Source: an uncultured Phycisphaerales bacterium
Lineage (GTDB): Bacteria; Planctomycetota; Phycisphaerae; SM23-33
Direction: 5' to 3'
Assembly (NCBI GenBank): GCA_965369385.1
Contig: CBDUQP010000004.1
Coordinates: 1 to 61,368, forward strand
Length of the DNA: 61,368 nt
The notes under the pieces: generated by a model
The model's input: only the letters and a program-made list of their open reading frames with translations
Database searches by the model: none
Told to the model about the DNA's origin: nothing
Program-made: the position numbers and the translations under genes
Part shown: one piece after another, positions 9,657 to 19,044 of the stretch
Position numbering within the stretch: the first letter of the stretch is position 1
How the letters are laid out: each line of letters starts with the position of its first letter

Positions 9657-10292
9657 TCACATGTTCATTACCAGGCCGACAATCTTTCCGCCGCCGGCTT
9701 CCAGGCGTTTCTTGGCTTGTGCGACAACTTCCCGCGGAACCCGCTCGCTGTGGCAAACCAGCAGTATGTCCGGCAGTATCTCCGCCAGTACTTGCGCATC
9801 TGGAAACGCGCAGGCCGGTGCAACGTCCACCAGCACATTATCGTAACCTTCTAACAGCGAATCGAAGAACTGCTTCAGCAAATCGCTGCGAAGGATGTCC
9901 AGTGTCTTGCCCTTCACGTTGCCTGCTGTATAGACATCAAGCCCGCTACTAACCCGCCGGGCCGCCACCTCTGGCTCTATGCCTTCGGTAACGATTTCCG
10001 CTACGCCCGGGCCGGAGTCCAGCTTGAGTTCCTTGTGAATGTTCGGATTGCGAAGGTTCATGTCAACAAGCGCCACCCTTGCGTTGCCTGCAGGAACGCT
10101 TCCGACCACCGCCAGCGAGGTGGCGATTGTGGTGGCGCCTTCACGCCGCGATGATGAACAAACCATCACCGCCTTCTTGCTGACCTTTCCCGAGTAGAAC
10201 AACGATGCCCACAGACTTCGGAATATGTCTTCCGCCCTTGGCTTGAGTGACGCCTTTGTGGGATGTCCCTTCTCTAGCTTTCCCTGTGTCAT
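9657..10292 (-). CDS. CpsD/CapB-type (Wzc C-terminal) tyrosine kinase-like protein, degenerate Walker A
   Basis: CSSSRREGATTIA (Walker A lacks Lys), LVDMNLRNP (A'), YDNVLVDVAP (Walker B), GLVMN; ATGA overlap with the upstream gene. Confidence 0.82.
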   Translation of the reverse strand: MTQGKLEKGHPTKASLKPRAEDIFRSLWASLFYSGKVSKKAVMVCSSSRREGATTIATSLAVVGSVPAGNARVALVDMNLRNPNIHKELKLDSGPGVAEIVTEGIEPEVAARRVSSGLDVYTAGNVKGKTLDILRSDLLKQFFDSLLEGYDNVLVDVAPACAFPDAQVLAEILPDILLVCHSERVPREVVAQAKKRLEAGGGKIVGLVMNM

Positions 10293-11887
10293 TTGGCGCC
10301 TCTTCTCGAGCAAACCACGTGCCTGCCCAGTTTGGGAACCGATGCCAGCACCGGAACACCGAGGAACTTCTCGGCATCGTCGATACTCTTGAAGCTGTGG
10401 TCCAGATGGTTTGCCATGAACGCGTAGATGAGCGACAGAATCAGGCCGCATATCACAGCGATCGACATATTCAGAATCATATTCGGACGCCTGGGGGACG
10501 ATGGGTCCGGCTTTGTTGGCCTCCCCAGCGTGCTCACCACAATAGTGGTGTCCGCCAGTGCCAATGCCTTGGCGACAGCGGCCACAGTGAGTCGCTGCTT
10601 CACGGACTCGTACTGCCTGCGTGCGATGTTCCGCCTGGCCTCAAGGCTTTCGTATTCCGGAATGAATCCGCCAAGCTCAACAAGAAGTTTGCGGTCAGCA
10701 GCCAGACTCGCCTCCAGGACATCCTTCTTGGCTTGGTACTGGACCAACTCCTGCGAAATACTTTCAACCTGCCGCCCCAACTCCGCCCGGAGAGACTCAC
10801 GTGCCAGCTCAAGTTCCCTTCTGACATCCACGAACACTCGATGGTCATCGGTGCGGGTGGTGAGTAAATCGATCCGCATCTTGAGTTTCAGAATGCTGTC
10901 CTGCAGCGTAGTGAGCGACGGATTCGATGCGGAGATAGCGTCGGGCACAACCATTTCGCTGTCTGCGGGCTTCGCCAATTGGGTATCAATGGTCAACTTC
11001 AGCGATCTGAGACGCGCCATCTCGGTATCTATCACCGTGAGTTCACCCGAGTATCGCGTGGCAAGACTGGCCTTGCCCGTCTCGTATCCGGGGCTGCTTT
11101 CCAGCATGTGCTTGAGCTGGAGCAGGCCGGGGCCTTTGATCTTCGTGACATACTTCTGGAACGCGTTGTCGGCAGCTGCCAGTTCTTCCTCTGCAACTTG
11201 CAGGGATTTCGCTTCAAGCTGGCGAGACGCCTCGGCCATGCGGCTTCGTTCTATATTCGAGTATCTGTAGCCATAGGCTTGCACAAGATGGCCTACAAGC
11301 AGACTTGCCTTCTCAGCCGCCATTTCCAGCGAATCCCTGCCGAGCTTGGCCGCAAGCTCCCGCTGCTCAGGCCAGTCAACCCGCACAGTAACAGTCTGGG
11401 TGAACAATGCGTCAGCTTCGTCCGGCGCAACCACAGCCAGGCGATTTTGGAAGTCCTTCAACAACTCGCGATTCTCATCGATGAACTTGTTAACCTTGGC
11501 ATCCCACTGGTCAACGTGTCCCTGCCGCTGGGCGGCGGCCACTGCGGTTGCAACATCGTCCGCAGGTACATCCTTCACCTCAACAGGCTTGTCGCCATCC
11601 AGGCGGAGCATCGCCGATGCAAGAACATGATCGCTCGTCAGGATTGTCCGCAGCGTGCCGATCTGCAACAACACCCTGTCGCGATATGAAGTCTGCGTGT
11701 CGGACGATTTAAGAATCTGACTGGAGCTTGCGTAGAGATCTACCTCGCTACGGTACCATTTGGGAGAGAGGAAGGTTAGCACGCCGACCGCGGCTACTAC
11801 CATCACGAAAATGATGAGCATGCTGACGAATCGCCGAGCGATTATTCGCACTATTTGCGGTGGGGTCCGCTCTGATGTTTCAACCAT
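10289..11887 (-). CDS. Polysaccharide co-polymerase / chain-length determinant (GumC/Wzc N-terminal)
   Basis: Two TM helices flanking a periplasmic coiled coil; PSSPRRPN...LDHSFKSIDDAEKFLGVPVLASVP. Confidence 0.88.
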   Translation of the reverse strand: MVETSERTPPQIVRIIARRFVSMLIIFVMVVAAVGVLTFLSPKWYRSEVDLYASSSQILKSSDTQTSYRDRVLLQIGTLRTILTSDHVLASAMLRLDGDKPVEVKDVPADDVATAVAAAQRQGHVDQWDAKVNKFIDENRELLKDFQNRLAVVAPDEADALFTQTVTVRVDWPEQRELAAKLGRDSLEMAAEKASLLVGHLVQAYGYRYSNIERSRMAEASRQLEAKSLQVAEEELAAADNAFQKYVTKIKGPGLLQLKHMLESSPGYETGKASLATRYSGELTVIDTEMARLRSLKLTIDTQLAKPADSEMVVPDAISASNPSLTTLQDSILKLKMRIDLLTTRTDDHRVFVDVRRELELARESLRAELGRQVESISQELVQYQAKKDVLEASLAADRKLLVELGGFIPEYESLEARRNIARRQYESVKQRLTVAAVAKALALADTTIVVSTLGRPTKPDPSSPRRPNMILNMSIAVICGLILSLIYAFMANHLDHSFKSIDDAEKFLGVPVLASVPKLGRHVVCSRRGAK

Positions 11888-11890
11888 TCC

Positions 11891-12676
11891 TCACCTTACG
11901 GTCACATATGCGTCACCCTGCACGCGTTTGACCCTGTCAAACGCCGTCAGAGCTTGCTCATATTTCGTGTATCGTCCGGCAACTGAAAGAAACATCGGCC
12001 GGTCTCCTATGAGTACCGCAACGAGTTCCGCCATCACCTTCTTTGTCCGCATCTGTTTCACGTGCGCATCGCCCCGCGCTTTGGTCCTGAATGCGCCGGT
12101 TTGTATTGTCCACGCCGTCGCGTTTACACGCCTGCCCGCTCGCTTGGCCAGCTCCGAACCAGGATAGTGTTCCACAACCTTGTAGAACCGAACATCCGCC
12201 TCAGACCACTTGCCAAGACGCTGCTGAACACACCCAAGACGATAATAGGCATGATCGCCAGGCACATCACCCGCAGGCACCTCGTCTGCCACGGCAGAAT
12301 ACATCTGCTCCGCCTTCACCAAGTTGCCGGCGTCCCATGCAATATCAGCCAGTGCGAGATGGGCATTTACCTTCACCGGTCCGCTGCCATCCTGTGCGGC
12401 CTCGGTCAAATCAGCCTCGGCAAGGGGCACATTCTTCAGACCATAGTAAGCTTTGCCTCGCAAATAACAGGCCCTGGCAACGTGTTCACTTCTCGGATTA
12501 TCACGCAGAAATTCATCCATATGTGTTATGGCCTCGGCATATTTCCTCGCTTCGACAGCTTCGCCACCGTCAACCAACAGTTGGCTGCCTCGTTGCGTGA
12601 GCGCACTGCTACACCCGGACACCAAAATTGCCACCAGACAAAGTTTCCAGACCGGTAGTGTAGCCTTTATATGCAT
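11891..12676 (-). CDS. TPR + SPOR domain lipoprotein
   Basis: Lipobox ILVSGC; BamD/YbgF-like TPRs (FLRDNPRS, VVEHYPGS); SPOR motif WTIQTGAF. Confidence 0.82.
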   Translation of the reverse strand: MHIKATLPVWKLCLVAILVSGCSSALTQRGSQLLVDGGEAVEARKYAEAITHMDEFLRDNPRSEHVARACYLRGKAYYGLKNVPLAEADLTEAAQDGSGPVKVNAHLALADIAWDAGNLVKAEQMYSAVADEVPAGDVPGDHAYYRLGCVQQRLGKWSEADVRFYKVVEHYPGSELAKRAGRRVNATAWTIQTGAFRTKARGDAHVKQMRTKKVMAELVAVLIGDRPMFLSVAGRYTKYEQALTAFDRVKRVQGDAYVTVR

Positions 12677-12810
12677 CCATGCACTCCACGTTGCGAGAAC
12701 GAAAAAGACAAGGCGATCCCTGTAAGATACATTTCGACATCAAATGGGGGGCAACTTAAGGTAATTGAGGGACTTTGGGACAATCGCCTGTGGTCACTTA
12801 AAGGTTGCGA

Positions 12811-14559
12811 TCAGAACATGCCAACCACCTGTCCGTCATCATCCAGATCGATATCCATGAACGCTGGCCTGCTCGGTAAACCCGGCATGGTACGCATTTT
12901 ACCCAACAACGGACACAGGAAACCTGCCCCCGCAGACGCTCGCACCTCAACAACCGGCACGGTGAAGCCTCTGGGCACGCCCTTGAGATCAGGATCGTGA
13001 CTCAGGGAAAGGTGGGTCTTGGCCATGCATATGGGAAGGTGGCTGAGTCCCGCTCGCTCATAAGCCTCTATCTGCTTTTCGGCCTTAGGCTCGTAAGTTA
13101 CGCCATCAGCTAGATATACCTTCTTTGCGATAGTCTCGATCTTCTCTTTGATGCTCAGGCTGTCATCATACAGTAGCTCGGCTTGGGAGGGCTTGTCTGC
13201 CGCCGTTATCACCGCCTCGGCCAGCTCGCGCGATCCTTCGCCTCCATTTGCCCAGTGATCGCTGACAACAGCATCTTCCGCACCGGCTTGCATAGCAGCC
13301 TGCCGAACGAGTTCGACCTCGGCGCCAGTGTCTGTAGCGAACTTGTTGATCGCCACAACTACTTGCACCCCAAAGGTTTTAGCGATTTCTATGTTCCTGG
13401 CCAGATTGCATGTGCCCGCCGTGAGCAGTTCGAGGTTCTCCTCAATGTATTCGGTCGGCAGCGGATGGCCCGGCGTCACTTTCGGACCGCCACCATGCAT
13501 CTTCAGCGCGCGGATCGTAGCCACCAGCACCACGCAGTCCGGCATCAACCCCGAAAGGCGACACTTGATATCAAAGAACTTCTCCATGCCAATATCCGCA
13601 CCGAAACCGCTCTCGGTCACAACGTAGTCGCCAAGTTTCAACGCGATCCGGTCGGCAATGATCGAACTATTGCCATGAGCGATATTGGCAAACGGGCCTG
13701 CATGGATGAACGCCGGCTGACCTTCAAGCGTTTGCATGAGATTCGGCTTGATAGCATCCTTCATGAGCACCATCATCGCCCCTGCGCAGCCGATGTCTTC
13801 AGCTGTCACGGGATTTCCGCTGGTGTCCATCGCCACAACAATCATGCCAAGGCGCGTCCGCATATCCTTAACGTCGGCAGCCAACGCCAGAATCGCCATC
13901 ACCTCCGATGCAACGGTGATATCCACACCGGTCTTGCGGCTTGGGCCATCCAGCCAGCTTTCGCTCTGGCCGATTTCGATGAAACGCACGGCCGCGTCGT
14001 TAACGTCCAGCACACGACGCCATGTAACGGTATCGGGATCAATATTGAGCCTCGGAAGCCCGGTTTTAGCCCATTTCTCATCGTTGGCATGTGCTTCGTG
14101 CTTGATACGCGCGTCGATGGCGGCCGCCAGAAGGTTATTTGCCAGCCCCACCGCGTGAATATCGCCGGTGAGGTGGAGGTTGAACTCCTCCATGGGGATA
14201 ACCTGGCTGTATCCTCCGCCCGCCGCACCGCCCTTTATGCCAAACGTCGGGCCCATTGACGGCTGGCGTATGCAGAGGAAGACATTCTTGTCCAGCAGCC
14301 CGAGTGCCTGTGTGAGACCGACTGATGTGGTGGTCTTGCCTTCGCCGAGCGGAGTTGGCGTGATGGCGGTAACATCAATGTATTTCCCATTCGGACGATC
14401 TGCGAGCCGATCAAGAATACTGAGTCTAACTTTGGCTTTGATATCGCCGTATGGTTCCAGCTCTTGCGGCTGGATACCGGCGGCGGCGGCAATTTCGGTA
14501 ATGGGTTTGCATGTTGCAGCCCTTGAAATCTCGATATCAGAAGGCACAGACTTGGACAT
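12811..14559 (-). CDS. fhs: Formate--tetrahydrofolate ligase
   Basis: [51 protein letters not shown]. Confidence 0.97.
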   Translation of the reverse strand: MSKSVPSDIEISRAATCKPITEIAAAAGIQPQELEPYGDIKAKVRLSILDRLADRPNGKYIDVTAITPTPLGEGKTTTSVGLTQALGLLDKNVFLCIRQPSMGPTFGIKGGAAGGGYSQVIPMEEFNLHLTGDIHAVGLANNLLAAAIDARIKHEAHANDEKWAKTGLPRLNIDPDTVTWRRVLDVNDAAVRFIEIGQSESWLDGPSRKTGVDITVASEVMAILALAADVKDMRTRLGMIVVAMDTSGNPVTAEDIGCAGAMMVLMKDAIKPNLMQTLEGQPAFIHAGPFANIAHGNSSIIADRIALKLGDYVVTESGFGADIGMEKFFDIKCRLSGLMPDCVVLVATIRALKMHGGGPKVTPGHPLPTEYIEENLELLTAGTCNLARNIEIAKTFGVQVVVAINKFATDTGAEVELVRQAAMQAGAEDAVVSDHWANGGEGSRELAEAVITAADKPSQAELLYDDSLSIKEKIETIAKKVYLADGVTYEPKAEKQIEAYERAGLSHLPICMAKTHLSLSHDPDLKGVPRGFTVPVVEVRASAGAGFLCPLLGKMRTMPGLPSRPAFMDIDLDDDGQVVGMF

Positions 14560-14780
14560 TTTCTCATCTCCTGCCGACATATGTATGTAACTTTTCAATA
14601 ACACGCGAAGACCATGTTATAGCGATTTGCCCCGAACAATCAAAGGTAAGCAATAATGCCGGTGGACAGCCGCAAGGCCGGCCGATAGAATTGTCTGGAG
14701 TCTTCCCAATGTAGATGTGGCGTTGGGACGGCTCCAAGAGCATGAACCAACTCGTACACTTTCATTAAGGGAGCCTAATA

Positions 14781-15341
14781 ATGCGAAAGATGACAGTAGT
14801 TGCACTTCTTGCAGCAGCAATGCTTACAAGCACCGGATGCGTCAGCCGCGCCATAAAAGAAGGCATCGGCACGGCACGCGGAGCCAAGGGCTTTTCAGCG
14901 CCAGTCACGGGAACTGCGAACATCGCTCCAGGCGGACTTGCGGGCCAATACACCACCGTGGTGCTCGAAGATTTCACAGAGGGCCCCGCAACGCAAACGC
15001 CCAGCATCCTCAATGGTCTGGTTCGCGGCGCACTGTCCGAGCAGCTCGCCAAGACCGCGCTGCCCCAAATGGAAGCCACTGCCGGAAACATGGCACTGAT
15101 AATCCGTGGCAAATACCTGTACTACGAGAAATCAGGCGTTGCAGGCCAGCTCTTCGGACCGTTTGAAGAAGTAATCGTTCGTGTTCATCTGATAGATGCC
15201 AAGACAGGCAAAACCATTACAGTTGCCAACTGCATCGGCCGGACAACCACGTCGGTCAACAAAGGCATAGAAGGCAAAGCCGAGGGCCTGGCCAAAGGTA
15301 TAGTCGACCTGCTGAACAAGAGCTTCATCGCAGAACAGTAG
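14781..15341 (+). CDS. Hypothetical lipoprotein (DUF4410-like, tentative)
   Basis: Signal peptide with lipobox LTSTGC; GGGAG RBS. Confidence 0.7.
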   Translation: MRKMTVVALLAAAMLTSTGCVSRAIKEGIGTARGAKGFSAPVTGTANIAPGGLAGQYTTVVLEDFTEGPATQTPSILNGLVRGALSEQLAKTALPQMEATAGNMALIIRGKYLYYEKSGVAGQLFGPFEEVIVRVHLIDAKTGKTITVANCIGRTTTSVNKGIEGKAEGLAKGIVDLLNKSFIAEQ

Positions 15342-15348
15342 ACCAGCG

Positions 15349-15565
15349 AAAATGGGGACTGTACCGATGTTGGGACTGTCCCCATTTTCGCGTCGTGCGC
15401 GATCTACCGCAGCATGCGCGATCTACCGCAGCATGCGCGATCTACCGCAGCTTGCGCGATCTACCGCAGCTTGCGCGATCTACCGCAGCATGCGCGATCT
15501 ACCGCAGCATGCGCGATCTACCGCAAAAGCGGGGACAGTCCCAGAATCGGTACAGTCCCCGTTTT
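15349..15565. repeat. 19-bp tandem array (6 full copies plus 1 partial, 15396-15525) flanked by ~40-bp inverted REP-like repeats
   Basis: Unit TGCGCGATCTACCGCAGC(A/T); left arm AAAATGGGGACTGTACCGATGTTGGGACTGTCCCCATTTT, right arm AAAAGCGGGGACAGTCCCAGAATCGGTACAGTCCCCGTTTT. Confidence 0.92.
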
Positions 15566-15584
15566 TGCTCACCGAAACCAAAGA

Positions 15585-15622
15585 AAGGCGGCGACCCGTT
15601 TCCAGGATCGCCGCCTTCTTCT
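15585..15622. terminator. Bidirectional intrinsic terminator
   Basis: AAGGCGGCGA...TCGCCGCCTTCTT between convergent genes. Confidence 0.6.
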
Positions 15623-15692
15623 TAATCTAATGTCGGCTTGATCTATTGTCAGCCTGCTCAACATCTCGCCAGCCAAACCGCCAACCGGGTTG

Positions 15693-17075
15693 TTAGTGGT
15701 CGACCGGTTCGCCGAGCATTCCTTTGAGTATGCCGAGCTTCTCGTTCAACATGTCGGGAGTCTTGGCTTCGAGGCTGAGACGCAGGAGCGGTTCGGTGTT
15801 TGACTGGCGGACGTTGCACCACCAGTCTTCGTACTTGCAACTGACACCGTCAAGCCAATCCACTTCAGAATCGCTGAACTTCTCGGCAACAGCCTTCATC
15901 ATGCCGTCTTTATCTTCGACTTCGAAGTTGATCTCGCCGCTGTGGCTGTAGCGTCTCAACGGGGCCACCATCTCACTGAACGGGCGAGTCTGGGCCGCGA
16001 TGATACTCAGTGCGGTGGCAAAAGCAATCGCTCCGCTGTCACAATTGAAGTTGTCGCGGAAGTAGAAGTGACCGCTGAGTTCGCCGCCGAAAACGCCATG
16101 TCCGTCGGCCATTGCTTTTTTCATGAATGCATGTCCAACGCGTTCGCGTCTTGCCACGCCGCCGGCCATCTTGACTTCCTCAGCAACCACACGCGACGAA
16201 CGCAGGTCATAGGCAACCATGGCACCGGGATTGTCGGCGAGGAAATGCCTGGCCAGCATAGCCGTCATCAGGTCGCAGCGAACGGTCTGCCCGTGCTCAT
16301 CAACGAACATGCACCGGTCAGCATCGCCGTCCATGCAGACGCCCAGATCGGCCCCATGTTCCAGCACCGCGTCTTTGGTCATCTGGAGGTTAGCTTCCAC
16401 CAGCGGGTTAGGCGGATGCACAAAACCGTTACCGAGTTCAAAGTTCAGCGGGATAATATCAATGTCCGTGCCATCGAAAATCTTGGGAATCATCTTACCG
16501 GCCATCCCGTTGGAGGCGTCAACGACAACCTTCAGGCGTCTGGGAACCGACAAGAACTGCAATACGTGCTTGCGATATTCGTCCCAGAGGTCGATTTCCT
16601 GGCAGGGCGCTACCGAAGCGCTCAGGGGCATGCGACGCAGCGTTGAGACTATGTGTTTGATCTCGTCGAGGCCGGTAGTCTTGCCGATGGGCTTGGCACC
16701 CATTCCAGATACCTTGAATCCATTATCCTGGATCGGGTTGTGGGAGGCCGTTATCTGCACACCTCCGCACGAACCGAGATGGTTCACCGCAAAGTAGATC
16801 ATCGGTGTGTCGACCACGCCTATATCGGTGCAGGCGGTACCGCTGGAGGTGACGCCCTCGATAAGCGCTTTGGAGAGGCTCTCGCTATGCGGACGCATAT
16901 CGCGCCCAACCACAAGACGATTGCTAGCGGCCTGTCCGCGTTCGTATCCACTCAACAAGCTCCGAAGGAACTGAGCAGACGCATGACCGATCTTCCACGA
17001 AAGATCCTCATCGATCATCTCACCGTACTCGCCGCGAACATCATTCGCCTTAAAGACTTTGTCAATTACGCTCAT
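15693..17075 (-). CDS. Phosphomannomutase/phosphoglucomutase
   Basis: FKANDVRG, ITASHNP (phosphoserine), DGDADR, GGELSGH, VRQSNTEPLLR. Confidence 0.95.
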   Translation of the reverse strand: MSVIDKVFKANDVRGEYGEMIDEDLSWKIGHASAQFLRSLLSGYERGQAASNRLVVGRDMRPHSESLSKALIEGVTSSGTACTDIGVVDTPMIYFAVNHLGSCGGVQITASHNPIQDNGFKVSGMGAKPIGKTTGLDEIKHIVSTLRRMPLSASVAPCQEIDLWDEYRKHVLQFLSVPRRLKVVVDASNGMAGKMIPKIFDGTDIDIIPLNFELGNGFVHPPNPLVEANLQMTKDAVLEHGADLGVCMDGDADRCMFVDEHGQTVRCDLMTAMLARHFLADNPGAMVAYDLRSSRVVAEEVKMAGGVARRERVGHAFMKKAMADGHGVFGGELSGHFYFRDNFNCDSGAIAFATALSIIAAQTRPFSEMVAPLRRYSHSGEINFEVEDKDGMMKAVAEKFSDSEVDWLDGVSCKYEDWWCNVRQSNTEPLLRLSLEAKTPDMLNEKLGILKGMLGEPVDH

Positions 17076-17480
17076 CTAGATACCCTTTCTGTCACGTTAT
17101 TACGTGATTATTCCCTATGGACGCCGCAATTACAAAAGATATTGACAGAAATTGCAGGCAATCTGACGCAAGCGAGGTCCCTTATAGAGGTCGGCAAGCC
17201 TGAAGAAGCCTAAACTGACGCTTCCCTCAGAAGTGTGAACCAACCTGAACATCCAAGGATCTAGAACGCGAACAAAGGACTTATAGCCCAGAATGAACGC
17301 TAATCTCGGTCACAGTCGACTTTTGAGGGAGGCGTCTAAACTCACTCAACGCAAATATAGAAGAAAACCAACAGGGATACCTGCTCTAAAGGCGGGAATG
17401 ACGTCTCATAGTGTCCAGTCCGCAATGGCGGACAGGAATAGACTACGTATCCAAAAAGCTCGCGGTATCCCTATCCAAAG

Positions 17481-17816
17481 CTACTTTGCCGACATCTGAA
17501 TCGATGCCAAAGCAGTTGATATATCCTGGGTGGATTCGAATACCTTGTCGAGTCCGGTTACCTGGAACACGCTCTCGATCTGAGAGTTCACATCACATAC
17601 CACCAGGCGATGATAATGCGAAAGAACGAGTTTGCGAAGCTTAAGGAGCTTGGCTACGTCGGATGAATTAATAAAACCAACGGCCGCGAAGTTCAATACG
17701 ACATCCGTTCGGTGCGAATCGTAACCATCCATCAACAACATCATGTCTTCGCTGAACCGAGGATCATCGCTCAGATCAACAACCGTTATTTCTTCAGACC
17801 ATTTCTGAATGCCCAT
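17481..17816 (-). CDS. STAS domain protein (anti-sigma factor antagonist)
   Basis: VVLNFAAVGFINSS..., VFQVTGLDKVF. Confidence 0.88.
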   Translation of the reverse strand: MGIQKWSEEITVVDLSDDPRFSEDMMLLMDGYDSHRTDVVLNFAAVGFINSSDVAKLLKLRKLVLSHYHRLVVCDVNSQIESVFQVTGLDKVFESTQDISTALASIQMSAK

Positions 17817-17967
17817 CTGTATCAGCCGCCCTTTCTTCCAAGCTACTACTTAACAAGATGATCGGCACAGCAGGCACATTTCCTTAATACTTCTATCCAC
17901 AGTTGTTATACATTTTTCAGTCTCGTATAATCTCAATTGGTATTTCACACGCACAAGGAGCCTGCCT

Positions 17968-18936
17968 TTGGGTATTATAGCCGGTATAGACGAAGCGGGA
18001 CTTGGGCCCGTTCTGGGGCCACTCGTCGTCTGCGCCGCCGTCTTTGAAATTCCAGACGAGAACATCGACCAATGCATGTGGAAACAGCTCGCGCCCACCA
18101 TCGTGCGAAAACCAAAAGCAAAGAGCACCGCAATAGCCATCGGTGACAGCAAGAAACTCTTCAAACGAAAGTCCACTAACGGCTTACAGCATTTAGAACG
18201 CGCCGTACTCAGCATGCTGCACACCGGCGGACACTGCCCTGAGACCCTCGCTGAGCTCTTGAAAATAATAACCCACGATGCCCACATAAAGACCGCCGAT
18301 TATCCATGGTACGCACCGGCTGATTTGGATATACCCGTGTCGCTCGAACAAACATCCATCGCCCTGTCAGCAAATGCACTATCTGCTGAGATGAAAACCA
18401 AGGGCATTAAATTGTTAGAGTTACGGAGCGAAACCGTATTGGCGGGCGAGTACAACCAACTCGTACGAAAAATCGACAACAAGTCCACCACCGCTATCGG
18501 ATTCACCTGCCGCCTGCTGTCGCATTTGTGGACCCATCTCAGCAGCGGGAGCATAACTGTGCACGTGGACCGCCAGGGCGGAAGAATGCGATATCTGCCC
18601 GTGCTGGAAAATGTTTTCGAGGACGCCTCATTCCGAATTCTGGACGAATCCAAAACTCACAGCGCATACATGATCACACACGGCAGCAAGTCTGCCGAAG
18701 TCCACTTCTCCGTGGGGGCCGAAGACCAACACCTACCCGTCGCCCTTGCCTCGATGACGTGCAAGTACGTCCGCGAGATGTTCATGGATATGCTGAATGC
18801 ATGGTGGGCCAAGCGGGTGGAAGACCTTGCACCCACGGCGGGATACTACACCGACGGGCGCCGCTTTTTTGGCGAAATCGGCCCGGCATTCGGGGAAATG
18901 GGCATAAACGAGGACATGATCTACAGATCACGCTGA
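17968..18936 (+). CDS. Ribonuclease HII-like protein (divergent)
   Basis: AGIDEAGLGPVLGPLVV, GDSKKL, VALASMTCKYVRE, AGY. Confidence 0.75.
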   Translation: MGIIAGIDEAGLGPVLGPLVVCAAVFEIPDENIDQCMWKQLAPTIVRKPKAKSTAIAIGDSKKLFKRKSTNGLQHLERAVLSMLHTGGHCPETLAELLKIITHDAHIKTADYPWYAPADLDIPVSLEQTSIALSANALSAEMKTKGIKLLELRSETVLAGEYNQLVRKIDNKSTTAIGFTCRLLSHLWTHLSSGSITVHVDRQGGRMRYLPVLENVFEDASFRILDESKTHSAYMITHGSKSAEVHFSVGAEDQHLPVALASMTCKYVREMFMDMLNAWWAKRVEDLAPTAGYYTDGRRFFGEIGPAFGEMGINEDMIYRSR

Positions 18937-19044
18937 TGGGCAAAGCCCCCTACGGACGATAGAAATAACAGATAAAATGCTGATAGGCATAGAGATTAAC
19001 ACCCGCGCACGGATGCGTGGAATAAACGACTGAGGAGAAAGTAC

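Noticed and set aside
9657-9659. Selenocysteine readthrough of the TGA in the Wzc-like kinase
   Set aside because: The position is not a Cys site in this family and there is no evident SECIS-like hairpin; a nonsense change or true stop is simpler
15396-15525. CRISPR array
   Set aside because: Units are directly abutting 19-mers with no unique spacers, and no cas genes are present in the window
15352-15641. Three overlapping short ORFs with repetitive peptides (MRDLPQHARSTAACAIYRS)
   Set aside because: Artefacts of a stop-free 19-bp repeat read in rotating frames; no RBS support
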